In this document: piece by piece, positions 1 through 9,041 of the stretch
How positions within the stretch are numbered: position 1 is the stretch's first letter
How the letters are laid out: each line of letters opens with the position of its first letter
DNA from: Candidatus Scatocola faecipullorum
Lineage (GTDB): Bacteria > Pseudomonadota > Alphaproteobacteria > RF32 > CAG-239
DNA: 64,000 bases
Reading direction: 5' to 3'
Assembly: GCA_018714685.1 (NCBI GenBank)
Contig: DVNC01000021.1
Span: 76,758 to 140,757 of the forward strand
Translations under genes and position numbers: made by a program
The notes under the pieces: model-generated
Database searches by the model: none
Told to the model about the DNA's origin: nothing
The model's input: the letters and a program-made list of their open reading frames with translations, nothing else

Positions 1-21
1 AAAGATTCAGTTGAAGAATAG
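1..21 (+). CDS. rpsF: 3' end of 30S ribosomal protein S6 gene (partial, runs off left edge)
   Basis: In-frame ...KDSVEE-TAG ends 11 nt before rpsR. rpsF-rpsR-rplI is the conserved order. Only 6 codons are visible. Confidence 0.3.
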   Translation, partial: KDSVEE

Positions 22-32
22 GAGACAACGTT

Positions 33-260
33 ATGGCTAAACAAGTATTCTTTAGAAGAAAAAAAGCTTGTCCGTTTTCCGGTGAAGACGGTCTTAAAAT
101 CGACTACAAAGATGTAAAACTGCTGTCCAGATACATCTCTGAAAAAGGAAAAATCATTCCGAGCCGTATCACTTCCGTTTCTGCTAAAAAACAAAGAGAA
201 CTGGCCAGAGCAATCAAACGTGCTCGTTATATCGGTCTGCTTCCGTTTGTGGCACAATAA
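33..260 (+). CDS. rpsR: 30S ribosomal protein S18
   Basis: 75-aa ORF with the S18 pattern FRRKKACPF...[37 protein letters not shown] lies 7 nt upstream. Confidence 0.95.
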   Translation: MAKQVFFRRKKACPFSGEDGLKIDYKDVKLLSRYISEKGKIIPSRITSVSAKKQRELARAIKRARYIGLLPFVAQ

Positions 261-278
261 GTTGAAGGAGAGAAAACT

Positions 279-767
279 ATGGAAATTATCCTTTTGGAAC
301 ATGTTGATAAATTAGGTAAAATGGGCGACAAAGTAAACGTTAAAAACGGTTATGCCCGTAACTACCTGTTGCCGCAGAAGAAAGCTTTGCGCGCTACCGA
401 AGCTAATGTTGCTTATTTTGAAAAACAGAAAGCCGAACTGGAAGCCCACAACAAGAAATTGCTGGAAGCTGCCACGGCTAAAGCCGAAGCTCTGAAAGGC
501 TTCAGCGCCATGTTGATCCGTCAGGCTGCCGAAACCGGTCAGCTGTATGGTTCCGTTACCATTCGCGACATTGCTTCCGCTATCAAAGCTGCCGGTTTTG
601 ATGTTGAACGCCGTTGCGTTTATATGGAAAGCCCGATTAAAGATCTGGGTATCTACGAAGTTAAGCTGAACCTGCATCCGGAAGTTACTCAGACCATTCT
701 GGTTAACGTTGCCAGAACAGAAGATGATGCGAAGAAGCAGGCAAAGGCTTATTCTCCCGCAGAATAG
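279..767 (+). CDS. rplI: 50S ribosomal protein L9
   Basis: MEIILLEHVDKLGKMGDKVNVKNGYARNYLLPQKKAL is the canonical L9 N-terminus. The gene follows rpsR. Confidence 0.95.
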   Translation: MEIILLEHVDKLGKMGDKVNVKNGYARNYLLPQKKALRATEANVAYFEKQKAELEAHNKKLLEAATAKAEALKGFSAMLIRQAAETGQLYGSVTIRDIASAIKAAGFDVERRCVYMESPIKDLGIYEVKLNLHPEVTQTILVNVARTEDDAKKQAKAYSPAE

Positions 768-786
768 AACTTTGTCCGGCTGGGGT

Positions 787-866
787 TAGAGCAATTTTGC
801 GAAGCGTTAAAATTTCATGTACACAGGTGTACGTTAGAATTTTTTAGTTTCCCGGAAATCGTTCTA
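787..866. repeat. GTAC-centred palindromic element, copy A (after rplI)
   Basis: Outer arms tagagcaattt / aaatcgttcta, centre catGTACacagGTGTACg. The left part caattttgcgaagcg resembles cagattttgcgag of copies B, G and J. Confidence 0.6.
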
Positions 867-908
867 TTTACGCAGGCTGTTCAAAGTTTATCTTTAATTC
901 TGAAAAAC

Positions 909-941
909 ACCCTCTGTGAAAAAACAGGGGGTATTTTTTTT
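909..941 (+). terminator. Rho-independent terminator after rplI
   Basis: Hairpin accctctg-tgaaaaaa-cagggggt followed by a T8 run. Confidence 0.65.
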
Positions 942-1082
942 ATGGCAATTTGTTTTGCCGCGATGCGGAGAGAGCACGACGGGCAGGTCAGGCCGGAGGA
1001 GGGCGGAAAAAATATGCCGAAGGGTAACCGCAGAACAAGATTTCAAAAGGTATGAACGGACGGTGACAGAAACGGAAAGGTT

Positions 1083-1772
1083 TCAGCGGCAGTATTGTTC
1101 GGGAAAAAGTTTGAAATGCAGCCACAAAATTAAAGCATAGGTTATGGTGGCGCTGAAAAAGACGTCAGAGACAAAATGTGAGCCTTGGGCTATGCGGGCA
1201 ATTCCGGTGGCTATTCCGAGGATAATAACCGCGCTTATTCCCCATTTGCGGTACCGGTGCGGAAGCAGCAGTGCCAGAGCCAGGCTCCAGAAGATGACGG
1301 CCGTGTGTCCGGACATGAAAGAGCAGTCCCAATCGCATTGGTTGGAAATGACCATCGGCGAGGTAAAATTTTTGTTTCCGCCGAATTCGATAATCTGATA
1401 AGGGCGGGCGCGTCCCCAGAAAGTTTTGAAAATTCCGTTAACGATTAAAATCGGGCCGAGCAGCATGGAGCCGGTGGTAAGGAGCATTACTTTGGTGTTT
1501 ATGCCCCAAAGCCAGCGGCGGCGCAGCAGTCCCCACCCCCAGATTAAGCCGAAAGCAGCGGCAATTCCGATGAATATTTCCGGCAAGCCCCGGCGCAAAA
1601 AGGGAAAAAAGCCCCAATCGCCGAGGTAAAAACGGTTATCTCGGAAGAAAAAAGCGCTGACCGCCAAATCCAACTGCGGGGAAACGGCCACAATCATAAA
1701 TAAAGCGCAGATAATCCAGAAATTGAGCTGCGGCGGCGTGCAGACCGGTTTGTTCATATCAGCCGTCCTCAA
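1083..1772 (-). CDS. PAP2-family membrane phosphatase
   Basis: Multi-TM ORF with PAP2 motifs SGH (FMSGHTAV) and ARIAQGSHFVSD. The start could instead be the MNKP Met at 1757. Confidence 0.8.
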   Translation of the reverse strand: MRTADMNKPVCTPPQLNFWIICALFMIVAVSPQLDLAVSAFFFRDNRFYLGDWGFFPFLRRGLPEIFIGIAAAFGLIWGWGLLRRRWLWGINTKVMLLTTGSMLLGPILIVNGIFKTFWGRARPYQIIEFGGNKNFTSPMVISNQCDWDCSFMSGHTAVIFWSLALALLLPHRYRKWGISAVIILGIATGIARIAQGSHFVSDVFFSATITYALILWLHFKLFPEQYCR

Positions 1773-2865
1773 GGTGCAGCAAAACGGTGATGCTTATGAG
1801 CGCGGCAATCAGGGTCGGCGTCCATACGGCCATGAAAGGCGGAATATAGCCGTTGAGCCCGAAAGCATAAATAACCTGAGACAGAAAGTAAAAGATAAAG
1901 CCGGTGGATACGCCGCCGACGATCAGGAACATAACGCCGCCGCGCCGGTTGTTGGGGCGGAGGGCGAAAACCGCGGCAATTAAAATCATGGCGCAGAGCA
2001 GAAACGGTGAGGCCAGCAAAGACAGATAGTGCAGGTAGTGTTTCAAAGCCGAGAAACCGGATTTTTCATAAAAGCGGATAGTGTCTGGCAAATCCCAGAA
2101 GGAAATGGATTCCGGATCAACAAAGTTTTCCTTGATGCGGTCAAGGGTCAGGCTGGTGGTATATTTGACGCTGGGCAGGGCAATGGTGGCTTTGCCGGCC
2201 TCATAAACTTTAACGTCTTTCAGTTCAAAGCCGTTGCTGTCGTCCAGCGTGGCGGCAAAAGCTTCAACCCGGCGGATAAGCTGGGCATTGCGGTCCATTT
2301 CCATAATCGTGACTTCCCGCAGGAGCAGGCTGTTGTTTTCCTGATGAAGGTTGCGCGCCTGGATGACCAGAACCGTGTCTTTGTTGACTGCTTCTCTGGT
2401 CCAGAGGCCTTTATCGGTAAATAAAACGGCATTGGGGTTGCGGGTTTTGAAACGGTAGTCCATGGTTTCATAAAGTTCATACATTTTAGATGAAACCGGG
2501 TTGATGACAGTGATGTTGACGATGCCGATTAAAAAAGTGGTGACCAGTACCGGGAACAGAAAACCCCAGATAGACACTCCGGCCGCGCGGATAATGACAA
2601 ATTCGTTGCTTTTGCTCAAACGCCAGAAAGTTATCATGGCGGCAATCATCATCACAAAAGGAAAGACCATGTCTATCGTCTGCGGAAGTTTGGTGACGGC
2701 CATTTGGATGACAAAGAGGAAGCCGACGTCTTCTCCGGCGGCACGGCGGAGCATTTCAATCAGTTCAAAGATAAAAACCACGCCGAGCACCATCAGCAGC
2801 ACCCCCAGGAAGTTGAGGATAATCTGTTTGCTGAGATAACGGCCGAGAATAGAATTTGGATTCAT
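1759..2865 (-). CDS. lptG: LPS export ABC permease, LptF/LptG family (LptG-like)
   Basis: 368 aa. The N-terminus ILGRYLSKQIILNFLGVLL, the RAAGVSIW motif and the central periplasmic domain between TM blocks are typical of YjgP/YjgQ permeases. Confidence 0.75.
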   Translation of the reverse strand: MNPNSILGRYLSKQIILNFLGVLLMVLGVVFIFELIEMLRRAAGEDVGFLFVIQMAVTKLPQTIDMVFPFVMMIAAMITFWRLSKSNEFVIIRAAGVSIWGFLFPVLVTTFLIGIVNITVINPVSSKMYELYETMDYRFKTRNPNAVLFTDKGLWTREAVNKDTVLVIQARNLHQENNSLLLREVTIMEMDRNAQLIRRVEAFAATLDDSNGFELKDVKVYEAGKATIALPSVKYTTSLTLDRIKENFVDPESISFWDLPDTIRFYEKSGFSALKHYLHYLSLLASPFLLCAMILIAAVFALRPNNRRGGVMFLIVGGVSTGFIFYFLSQVIYAFGLNGYIPPFMAVWTPTLIAALISITVLLHLEDG

Positions 2866-2928
2866 GTTTTTTACACTTTGGTTGCTATATTGGGCTTAAG
2901 ATATAAAAAAAACCTTTATTTGACAAGC

Positions 2929-3861
2929 TTAATCTCGGCGGTTGATTTCAGAAAGAATTTTCTTTTCGGTTTCCGGCTGATCCTGCTTGGCTTCAACGAC
3001 TTCCCGGCGGATTTTGCGGGTGCGGGAAAAAAGCTCGAACAGTTTGTCGCCTTCATCCCAGCGGATGTTGCGTTCCAGTGCAATCAGGTCTTCGACAAAG
3101 CGTTGTATCAACTCAAGAATTGTGGTTTTGTTGTTGAGCAGAATGTCGCGCCACATGGTGGGGTCGGAGCCGGCAATGCGGGTGAAATCGCGGAAACCGG
3201 AGGCCGAGTATTTGATGATTTCTTTTTGTTCGTATCCTTCCAGATCGGCAACGGTGCCGACAATGGAAAAGGCGATCAGGTGCGGCAAATGAGAAACGGC
3301 CGCCATCACTTTGTCGTGATGTTCGGGAGTCATGGAATCAACCCGCATTTTGGCGTGAGCCCAGAGTTTGGAAATCTTTTCGACGGCAGCATCGGAGGAG
3401 CGTTCGTACGGGGTCATAATGAACCAGCGCCCTTCAAACAGTGTGTCAAAGCCGGCTTCGGGGCCTGATTTTTCGGTTCCTGCCACCGGGTGCCCGGGAA
3501 CGACCGAAACTTTTGAATCGGGCGGCAGATTGGCTTCAATTTCCCGAATGACATATTTTTTGATTGATCCGACGTCGGTAATGACAGCGTCATTTTTGAG
3601 AAACGGGGCAATTTCTCTGATGATTTTGCCGTAAGCACCAACCGGGGCGGAGAGAACAATCAGGTCGGCGTTTTTGACGCTGTCGGCTATATTTTTGTGA
3701 ATTTCATCCACGATGCCCAGTTCGAGCGCTTTCTGCATATACTGCGGTTTGACGTCATAACAGGAAATGCGCCGGGCAAGGCCGTCCCTTTTGATGACTC
3801 TTGCCAGAGAGGAACCGATTAAACCGATGCCGATAACAGTTACTTTACCAAATAAAGACAT
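2929..3861 (-). CDS. tyrA: Prephenate/arogenate (cyclohexadienyl) dehydrogenase
   Basis: N-terminal Rossmann motif VTVIGIGLIGSSLA, HPVAGTE active-site block and TyrA-family length of 310 aa. Confidence 0.8.
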   Translation of the reverse strand: MSLFGKVTVIGIGLIGSSLARVIKRDGLARRISCYDVKPQYMQKALELGIVDEIHKNIADSVKNADLIVLSAPVGAYGKIIREIAPFLKNDAVITDVGSIKKYVIREIEANLPPDSKVSVVPGHPVAGTEKSGPEAGFDTLFEGRWFIMTPYERSSDAAVEKISKLWAHAKMRVDSMTPEHHDKVMAAVSHLPHLIAFSIVGTVADLEGYEQKEIIKYSASGFRDFTRIAGSDPTMWRDILLNNKTTILELIQRFVEDLIALERNIRWDEGDKLFELFSRTRKIRREVVEAKQDQPETEKKILSEINRRD

Positions 3862-3869
3862 GGATTTTC

Positions 3870-4799
3870 CTAATCAAAGTAACCGAGTGACAGATATCTT
3901 TCGACGGCAGAAGCCAGAATGACGACCATATTTTTTCCGGCCATTTCCGGTTTCTGCCCGACTTTGATTGCGGCGGCCAATGCGGCGCCGGAAGACAGGC
4001 CGACCGGCAGACCTTCGGTGCGGGCAACGGTCTTGGCCATATCGATGGCTTCTTCGGACGTGACGTCAACCACTTCATCAACCAATGCGGGATCGTAAAA
4101 TTTGGGGACAAAACCGGCACCGATGCCGAGAATTTTATGAGGGCCGGGTTTTCCGCCGTTTAAAACCGGGCTTTCCGCCGGTTCAACCGCGACAACATAT
4201 AAATCGGGGTTGCAGGTTTTAAGCGCGGAAGCAATGCCGGTCAGAGTACCGGAAGTGCCGACGGCGCTGACGAGGCAATCGACCTCGCCGCCGGTGTCTT
4301 CCATGATTTCCATGCTGGTGCCGAGGCGGTGGGCATCGGGATTGGCTTCGTTTTCAAACTGTCGCAGCAGGATGACGTCCGGGCTCTTTTCAGCGAGAAT
4401 GTCCGCTTTGGCAATGGAACCTTTCATGCCGTCTTCCGCCGGGGTCAGAATGACTTCCGCTCCAAAGTGACGTATCAGTTTAATGCGCTCCTGCGACATA
4501 TTTTCCGGCATGACAATCACCAGTTTGTAGCCTTTGGCGGCGCACAAGGCGGCCAGCGCAATGCCGGTGTTGCCGGATGTGGCTTCGACGAAAACGGTAT
4601 TTGCGTTGATTTTGCCTGATTTTTCCGCTTTATCCAGCATGCTGAGGGCAATGCGGTCTTTGACCGAAAACAGGGGATTGTAAAATTCACACTTGGCAAG
4701 CAGGCGCGCTTTGAGACGGTAATTCTTTTCCAGTTTGTGCAGGCGAAGCAGCGGCGTGTGTCCGACCATTTCGGTGACAGAGTTATATATTTTCTTCAT
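3870..4799 (-). CDS. cysK: Cysteine synthase A (O-acetylserine sulfhydrylase)
   Basis: PLP-lysine motif NPLFSVKDRIA, the TSGNTGIALA loop, 309 aa. Confidence 0.9.
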   Translation of the reverse strand: MKKIYNSVTEMVGHTPLLRLHKLEKNYRLKARLLAKCEFYNPLFSVKDRIALSMLDKAEKSGKINANTVFVEATSGNTGIALAALCAAKGYKLVIVMPENMSQERIKLIRHFGAEVILTPAEDGMKGSIAKADILAEKSPDVILLRQFENEANPDAHRLGTSMEIMEDTGGEVDCLVSAVGTSGTLTGIASALKTCNPDLYVVAVEPAESPVLNGGKPGPHKILGIGAGFVPKFYDPALVDEVVDVTSEEAIDMAKTVARTEGLPVGLSSGAALAAAIKVGQKPEMAGKNMVVILASAVERYLSLGYFD

Positions 4800-4898
4800 T
4801 TTTTCCTCGATTGGTGTTTATAAAGCGGAATTTGTGCTTTAATAAGTCTAACGCATTGAGTAGTATAACTATAATATTAAAAAATTAAAAATAAAGAA

Positions 4899-5477
4899 AT
4901 GAAAAAAATAAAAACCCTGGTTTTTACATTCTTATTGCTGTTTTTTTCAGCCAATCTGGTTCAGGCCATGAGTTTGGATGAAATTTACCGTGACGTTGTG
5001 CGTTCGGACAACCGCGGTTATCTGCCGATGTTTGTTAAAAACAGAACTGCGCCGGATTTTTTGGACGAGGAGGTTGTGCTGAAAGACGTTCCGGAACCTA
5101 AGCCGGAAGATACCAGTCCGGTTAATCCGGATTTGGAAATTGTAAAACTGGAAAACCAGAGGAAAATCCACGAGGCCAAACTTCGTGCGGAGCTGGCAGA
5201 ATGGCAGGCGGTGCTGGACAATGTCCGTGCCGGGAAAGTGACGCCGGTGGAGCTGCGGGCTTTGGAGCTCAAAGCGGAGCAGAGCGATCCGCAGGCGGTT
5301 GAAATTCTGGGCTGGATTTATGCCCGCGGGGTAGGGGTAAAGCCGGATTTAATCAAATCGTTCAAATTTTATCAGAAGGCAGCGGATATCGGGGTTCCCG
5401 ACGCATCGCTCAATGCAGCGAAAGTTTATAAAATTATGCCGCGCCGTCTGCGTGAGCAGTTAATTTCCTATCAGTAG
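4899..5477 (+). CDS. Secreted Sel1-like repeat protein
   Basis: Signal peptide MKKIKTLVFTFLLLFFSANLVQA. The C-terminus AVEILGWIYARGVGVKPDLIKSFKFYQKAADIGVPDA fits the Sel1/SLR repeat pattern. Confidence 0.7.
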   Translation: MKKIKTLVFTFLLLFFSANLVQAMSLDEIYRDVVRSDNRGYLPMFVKNRTAPDFLDEEVVLKDVPEPKPEDTSPVNPDLEIVKLENQRKIHEAKLRAELAEWQAVLDNVRAGKVTPVELRALELKAEQSDPQAVEILGWIYARGVGVKPDLIKSFKFYQKAADIGVPDASLNAAKVYKIMPRRLREQLISYQ

Positions 5478-5535
5478 TTTTTAACCGATTGATTAGTTGT
5501 CGTTAGCCTGAGAAATGAGGCTTGTTTATGGTTTG

Positions 5536-5564
5536 TTGACAAATAAGCGCTGATATGATATTCT
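5536..5564 (+). promoter_or_regulatory. Candidate sigma70-type promoter for the Cys-rich protein gene
   Basis: TTGACA-N17-TATTCT, about 40 nt upstream of the 5604 start. Confidence 0.35.
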
Positions 5565-5603
5565 GACAATGGCTTTGGTTCAGTTATATCTATGAGGTGT
5601 ATT

Positions 5604-7763
5604 ATGAAAAACATTAGTTCATACTTGTGCGCCCTGTTTCTGGCTGGCTTTTTTGCGGCTGAAGCAGAGGCTTTGACGTATTCTGATTCTCCTTCATGGT
5701 ACACCGGTCTCATAGGCAAAAGTCAAAACCAAATTCTTGAACCAAAGCCCTTGGGCGACATTTCCCGACTGCTCAAGCTGGCGAAAGTTCATTTTATTGT
5801 TGACAGCAACGACAAGCTCGGTTTTGACAATATTGAACAGAGTTTTGACCATGACAATATTAACCGCTGTAAGGCCCTGGGCTTTAACAAGACCGGCGCC
5901 TGCGGCTCAAATCAAAGGGTGTCGCGCTACTGCCCTTATGACAATTCATATTATGACCAGTGCTGCGACATGAACTTTGCCTATTCCAAAGGCGAATGCT
6001 CTTATCCCAACACCATCAGCGGAAACTCCTGCGGCGGGAAATTCAAATGCTATTGCGACAGAAGCCTGTATCCTTATACCGCCACTTCTTGCCCTTCGCC
6101 GAAAATTCATAATGAAGACAAATGTGCCGAGGTAACTTATTCGGCAGGTAAAGCCGCGACCAATATTTATTATTCCGATTGTCTTTGTCCGTCTTCCTGG
6201 ATTACCTGCGACAGTTCAATCCATCAGAAAGGAAACGGGCAGAAATGTGAATATAACGGCGTTACCACTTATGCTTCATGCAGCTGTGAGCCCGGGTACA
6301 GTCTGCTTTGTGAGGAGTTCGGGCCGAAGTCGCCGATGGATTATTGTTTCCTGAAAGGAACGAAATATTACAAAACCTGCAAGACGGAAAAAGACGTTTG
6401 CGACAGTCTGGGATACAAATATTCCAAAGACAGTCCGTGTGATGCGGACTCGGTGATTGCAAGTTACTGTCCGCGGGGAAGCGGCAACACATATTTCTCA
6501 TGCAAAATCGATCCGGACAAATATTGCAAAAACCGTGGTTTTACAACATCTGCCTGCGGTGAATTTCAAACAGTCAGTTCCGAGAAATGCAATGTGCCGG
6601 GGTTTGGGGTACAGGGACAGTATCGCAAATGCAGCCATACCTGCAAGAGCCGTTTAGCGGCGGCTTATCCCAATTACAATTTTGACGGAGTGCGTTCGTC
6701 TAACGGCGGAACGATGGTCTATACCAAAAATGTGGTTGATAATAATCTGAGCGCTTCCAGCAACAGTTATTTCAAATCGGCCTATTCATTCCGAAACAAT
6801 TATTCGGAATGTGCCAATGTCGGCAAGCCGACGGTAACGGTTAATACCTCCGGCAGTACGGTAACTATTCTCTCCGGTATTAATTTGAGCGATGTAAACG
6901 TAAAACTGAATTTGAGCAACGGTTCGAGATATAACGTTAAATTGGACCGCCCGACAACATTTAACAATGCGACGGTTTCAACCAGCCAAACCGCCAAGAT
7001 GACGGTTTACAAAACAACGCTGTATGTTGAAGGGGGAACGAATCTTACGGGAATTAACCAGTTGGATGTTGAAGGCGAACAAAATGACGGAACGTCGGCG
7101 AATTCGTATATTTATGTGAGAGGGGCGGCTTCTTTGGGCAATGTTTATCTGTTCGGGCGTTCCCGCCTTTATGTGAGCGATACCAGCGGTTCGTCTTCGG
7201 CCAGAAATGTTTATATCGGCTGGCGGTATAACAACAGCAACGGCAATCGCGAAGATCACGGCCGGGCGCTGTTTGAACTGGCGGCCAATTCCAAATTTAA
7301 AGTAACCGGAACTGTTGAAATCGAAACCCGATGGGGCGATGCGCCTTTGTCGGGCAGCGGCGGTCCGGCTTTGTATATGCGTGATAAGTCGCAGCTTTAT
7401 GCCGATTATATAAAGAGTTATAATGCAGAGCATTTTATCGGTTATTATGCCATTGTCTGTGCGCGTAACTATTGGCTGCAAAATAAAAATGACCGTGGCT
7501 ATACCAAGATTAAATTCGGGCGGTATGCCAAACTTTTGACCAGAGACGGTTCCGGCTATTTCCGGGCATCATCGGGGGCAACATCCGGTAATTGTTATGC
7601 TTCCGGCTGTAATAATGTTCAGGAGATTATCAGTAAGTTTAAGTCATCGGATGTTGAATTGTCTGGTGCGGGGCATCATGACAAGTGGGCGATGTCTGTA
7701 CAATGGAGCCGTCCGGATACGACGGGCGCTTATAATACCTATTGCGGCAAGTGGTATTACTGA
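5604..7763 (+). CDS. Large secreted cysteine-rich repeat protein with beta-helix-like C-terminal half (no assignable family)
   Basis: GAGGTG precedes the ATG at 5604. Signal peptide MKNISSYLCALFLAGFFAAEAEA. About 29 Cys fall between residues ~90-350 in recurring Y-x-x-C-x-C modules. The Asn/Ser/Thr/Gly-rich C-terminal half looks like an adhesin passenger. Confidence 0.8.
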   Translation: MKNISSYLCALFLAGFFAAEAEALTYSDSPSWYTGLIGKSQNQILEPKPLGDISRLLKLAKVHFIVDSNDKLGFDNIEQSFDHDNINRCKALGFNKTGACGSNQRVSRYCPYDNSYYDQCCDMNFAYSKGECSYPNTISGNSCGGKFKCYCDRSLYPYTATSCPSPKIHNEDKCAEVTYSAGKAATNIYYSDCLCPSSWITCDSSIHQKGNGQKCEYNGVTTYASCSCEPGYSLLCEEFGPKSPMDYCFLKGTKYYKTCKTEKDVCDSLGYKYSKDSPCDADSVIASYCPRGSGNTYFSCKIDPDKYCKNRGFTTSACGEFQTVSSEKCNVPGFGVQGQYRKCSHTCKSRLAAAYPNYNFDGVRSSNGGTMVYTKNVVDNNLSASSNSYFKSAYSFRNNYSECANVGKPTVTVNTSGSTVTILSGINLSDVNVKLNLSNGSRYNVKLDRPTTFNNATVSTSQTAKMTVYKTTLYVEGGTNLTGINQLDVEGEQNDGTSANSYIYVRGAASLGNVYLFGRSRLYVSDTSGSSSARNVYIGWRYNNSNGNREDHGRALFELAANSKFKVTGTVEIETRWGDAPLSGSGGPALYMRDKSQLYADYIKSYNAEHFIGYYAIVCARNYWLQNKNDRGYTKIKFGRYAKLLTRDGSGYFRASSGATSGNCYASGCNNVQEIISKFKSSDVELSGAGHHDKWAMSVQWSRPDTTGAYNTYCGKWYY

Positions 7764-7765
7764 CA

Positions 7766-7800
7766 AAGAAAAGCCGTCTCGGGTGAGGCGGCTTTTTGTT
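7766..7800. terminator. Bidirectional terminator between convergent genes
   Basis: Hairpin agccgtctc-gggt-gaggcggct flanked by an A-rich run on the left and a T-rich run on the right. Confidence 0.5.
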
Positions 7801-8298
7801 TTATTTTTTGATATTGAACAGGTGCTGAAAAGCCAGCCAATGTGTGTAGTTGATTTTTGTTTTGGCAGAAAAAATGTCCTGTATGTTCAGCCAGGCGGCA
7901 TTGCCGTTTTCCGGCGTGCGCCAGGGCGAGACGGAAGTGTCAAAACCATAGGAAGAAGCATCATAGACAATAAAAGTCTGATCATAAACGCAGTATTCTC
8001 CGAAAGGGCGGGCATCCTCGGCAAAATAATTGACAATCTGCTGGTAAGATTTTTCGCCCCAGTCAAGTTCAAACTCAATGCCGGTTTCTTCATACAGCTT
8101 GCGGTAAAGGCAGCCGCGGAAGTCTTCCCGGCGTGAAACCGTACCGCCCGGAAATTCGGGAACGGATACCTGCGGCGGATAAGTAACCAGAACTTTTTCG
8201 TCTTTTACCAGAATGGCAAAATAGCCTTTCTGGTGCAGGGGGATAATTTCATCGGCATATTTTTCATGACCGCGACGGTCATAAAAGATGTCACTCAT
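7801..8298 (-). CDS. Nudix hydrolase
   Basis: Nudix box GGTVSRREDFRGCLYRKLYEETGI (GX5EX7REUXEEXGU). The gene overlaps the gmk stop by 8 nt. Confidence 0.8.
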   Translation of the reverse strand: MSDIFYDRRGHEKYADEIIPLHQKGYFAILVKDEKVLVTYPPQVSVPEFPGGTVSRREDFRGCLYRKLYEETGIEFELDWGEKSYQQIVNYFAEDARPFGEYCVYDQTFIVYDASSYGFDTSVSPWRTPENGNAAWLNIQDIFSAKTKINYTHWLAFQHLFNIKK

Positions 8299-8968
8299 TC
8301 GCTTCGGCTTCCTTAATCAATTCGTTGACAAACTTCTTCAGTCCGGTTTGACGGACGCGTTTCATTCGTTCGCCGGAAATAATTTTCTGCACTTTGATAA
8401 TGGTTTCTTCAAGATTTACGTTGACGATGACATAGTCAAATTCGTCCCAATGGGTGATTTTATCGAGAATCATGTTCATTCGTTTATCGATGATTTCTTT
8501 GCTGTCGGTGCCGCGGTTTTCAAGCCGGCGGCGGAGTTCTTTGATGGAGGGCGGCAGCAGGTAAATGGTGACGACGTCATCTTTGGCTTTTTCTTTCATT
8601 TGGCGCGCGCCGGCCCAGTCCATGTCGAACAGCACGTCTTCACCGACGTTGATGAAACTGTCAACTTCAGAGCGCAGCGTTCCGTAACGGGAACCGTATT
8701 GGGAATCGACATATTCGTAAAAAGCGTCCTGAGCCAGAAATTCGTCATATTGTTTGTCGGTGATGAAATAGTAGTCAACGCCGTCAACTTCGCCTTCGCG
8801 GGGTTGGCGGGTGGTTACCGAAACCGAGAACTTGATGTTGGGGTCGCGGCGCAGAATTTCTTTGACAACAGCGCTTTTTCCGGTGCCGGAAGGGGCCTCG
8901 ATGATAAACATGGCGCCGCGGCGGACTTTTTTCAGACGGTCGATGATTTCTTCCATAATGTGCTCCAT
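8291..8968 (-). CDS. gmk: Guanylate kinase
   Basis: P-loop RRGAMFIIEAPSGTGKS and the TTRQPREGEVDGVDYYF motif. Confidence 0.9.
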   Translation of the reverse strand: MEHIMEEIIDRLKKVRRGAMFIIEAPSGTGKSAVVKEILRRDPNIKFSVSVTTRQPREGEVDGVDYYFITDKQYDEFLAQDAFYEYVDSQYGSRYGTLRSEVDSFINVGEDVLFDMDWAGARQMKEKAKDDVVTIYLLPPSIKELRRRLENRGTDSKEIIDKRMNMILDKITHWDEFDYVIVNVNLEETIIKVQKIISGERMKRVRQTGLKKFVNELIKEAEANE

Positions 8969-9041
8969 TTAGCTGATGACTTTTATTTTTAATGCCTATA
9001 ATATATCCGTTAATTGTTAAAAAGTCTTTAGGAAAATAGCC

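Noticed and set aside
916-1140. 74-aa ORF in the rplI-PAP2 spacer.
   Set aside because: It starts inside the rplI terminator T-run, encodes an Arg-rich low-complexity peptide, has no RBS and overlaps the 3' end of the minus-strand PAP2 gene.
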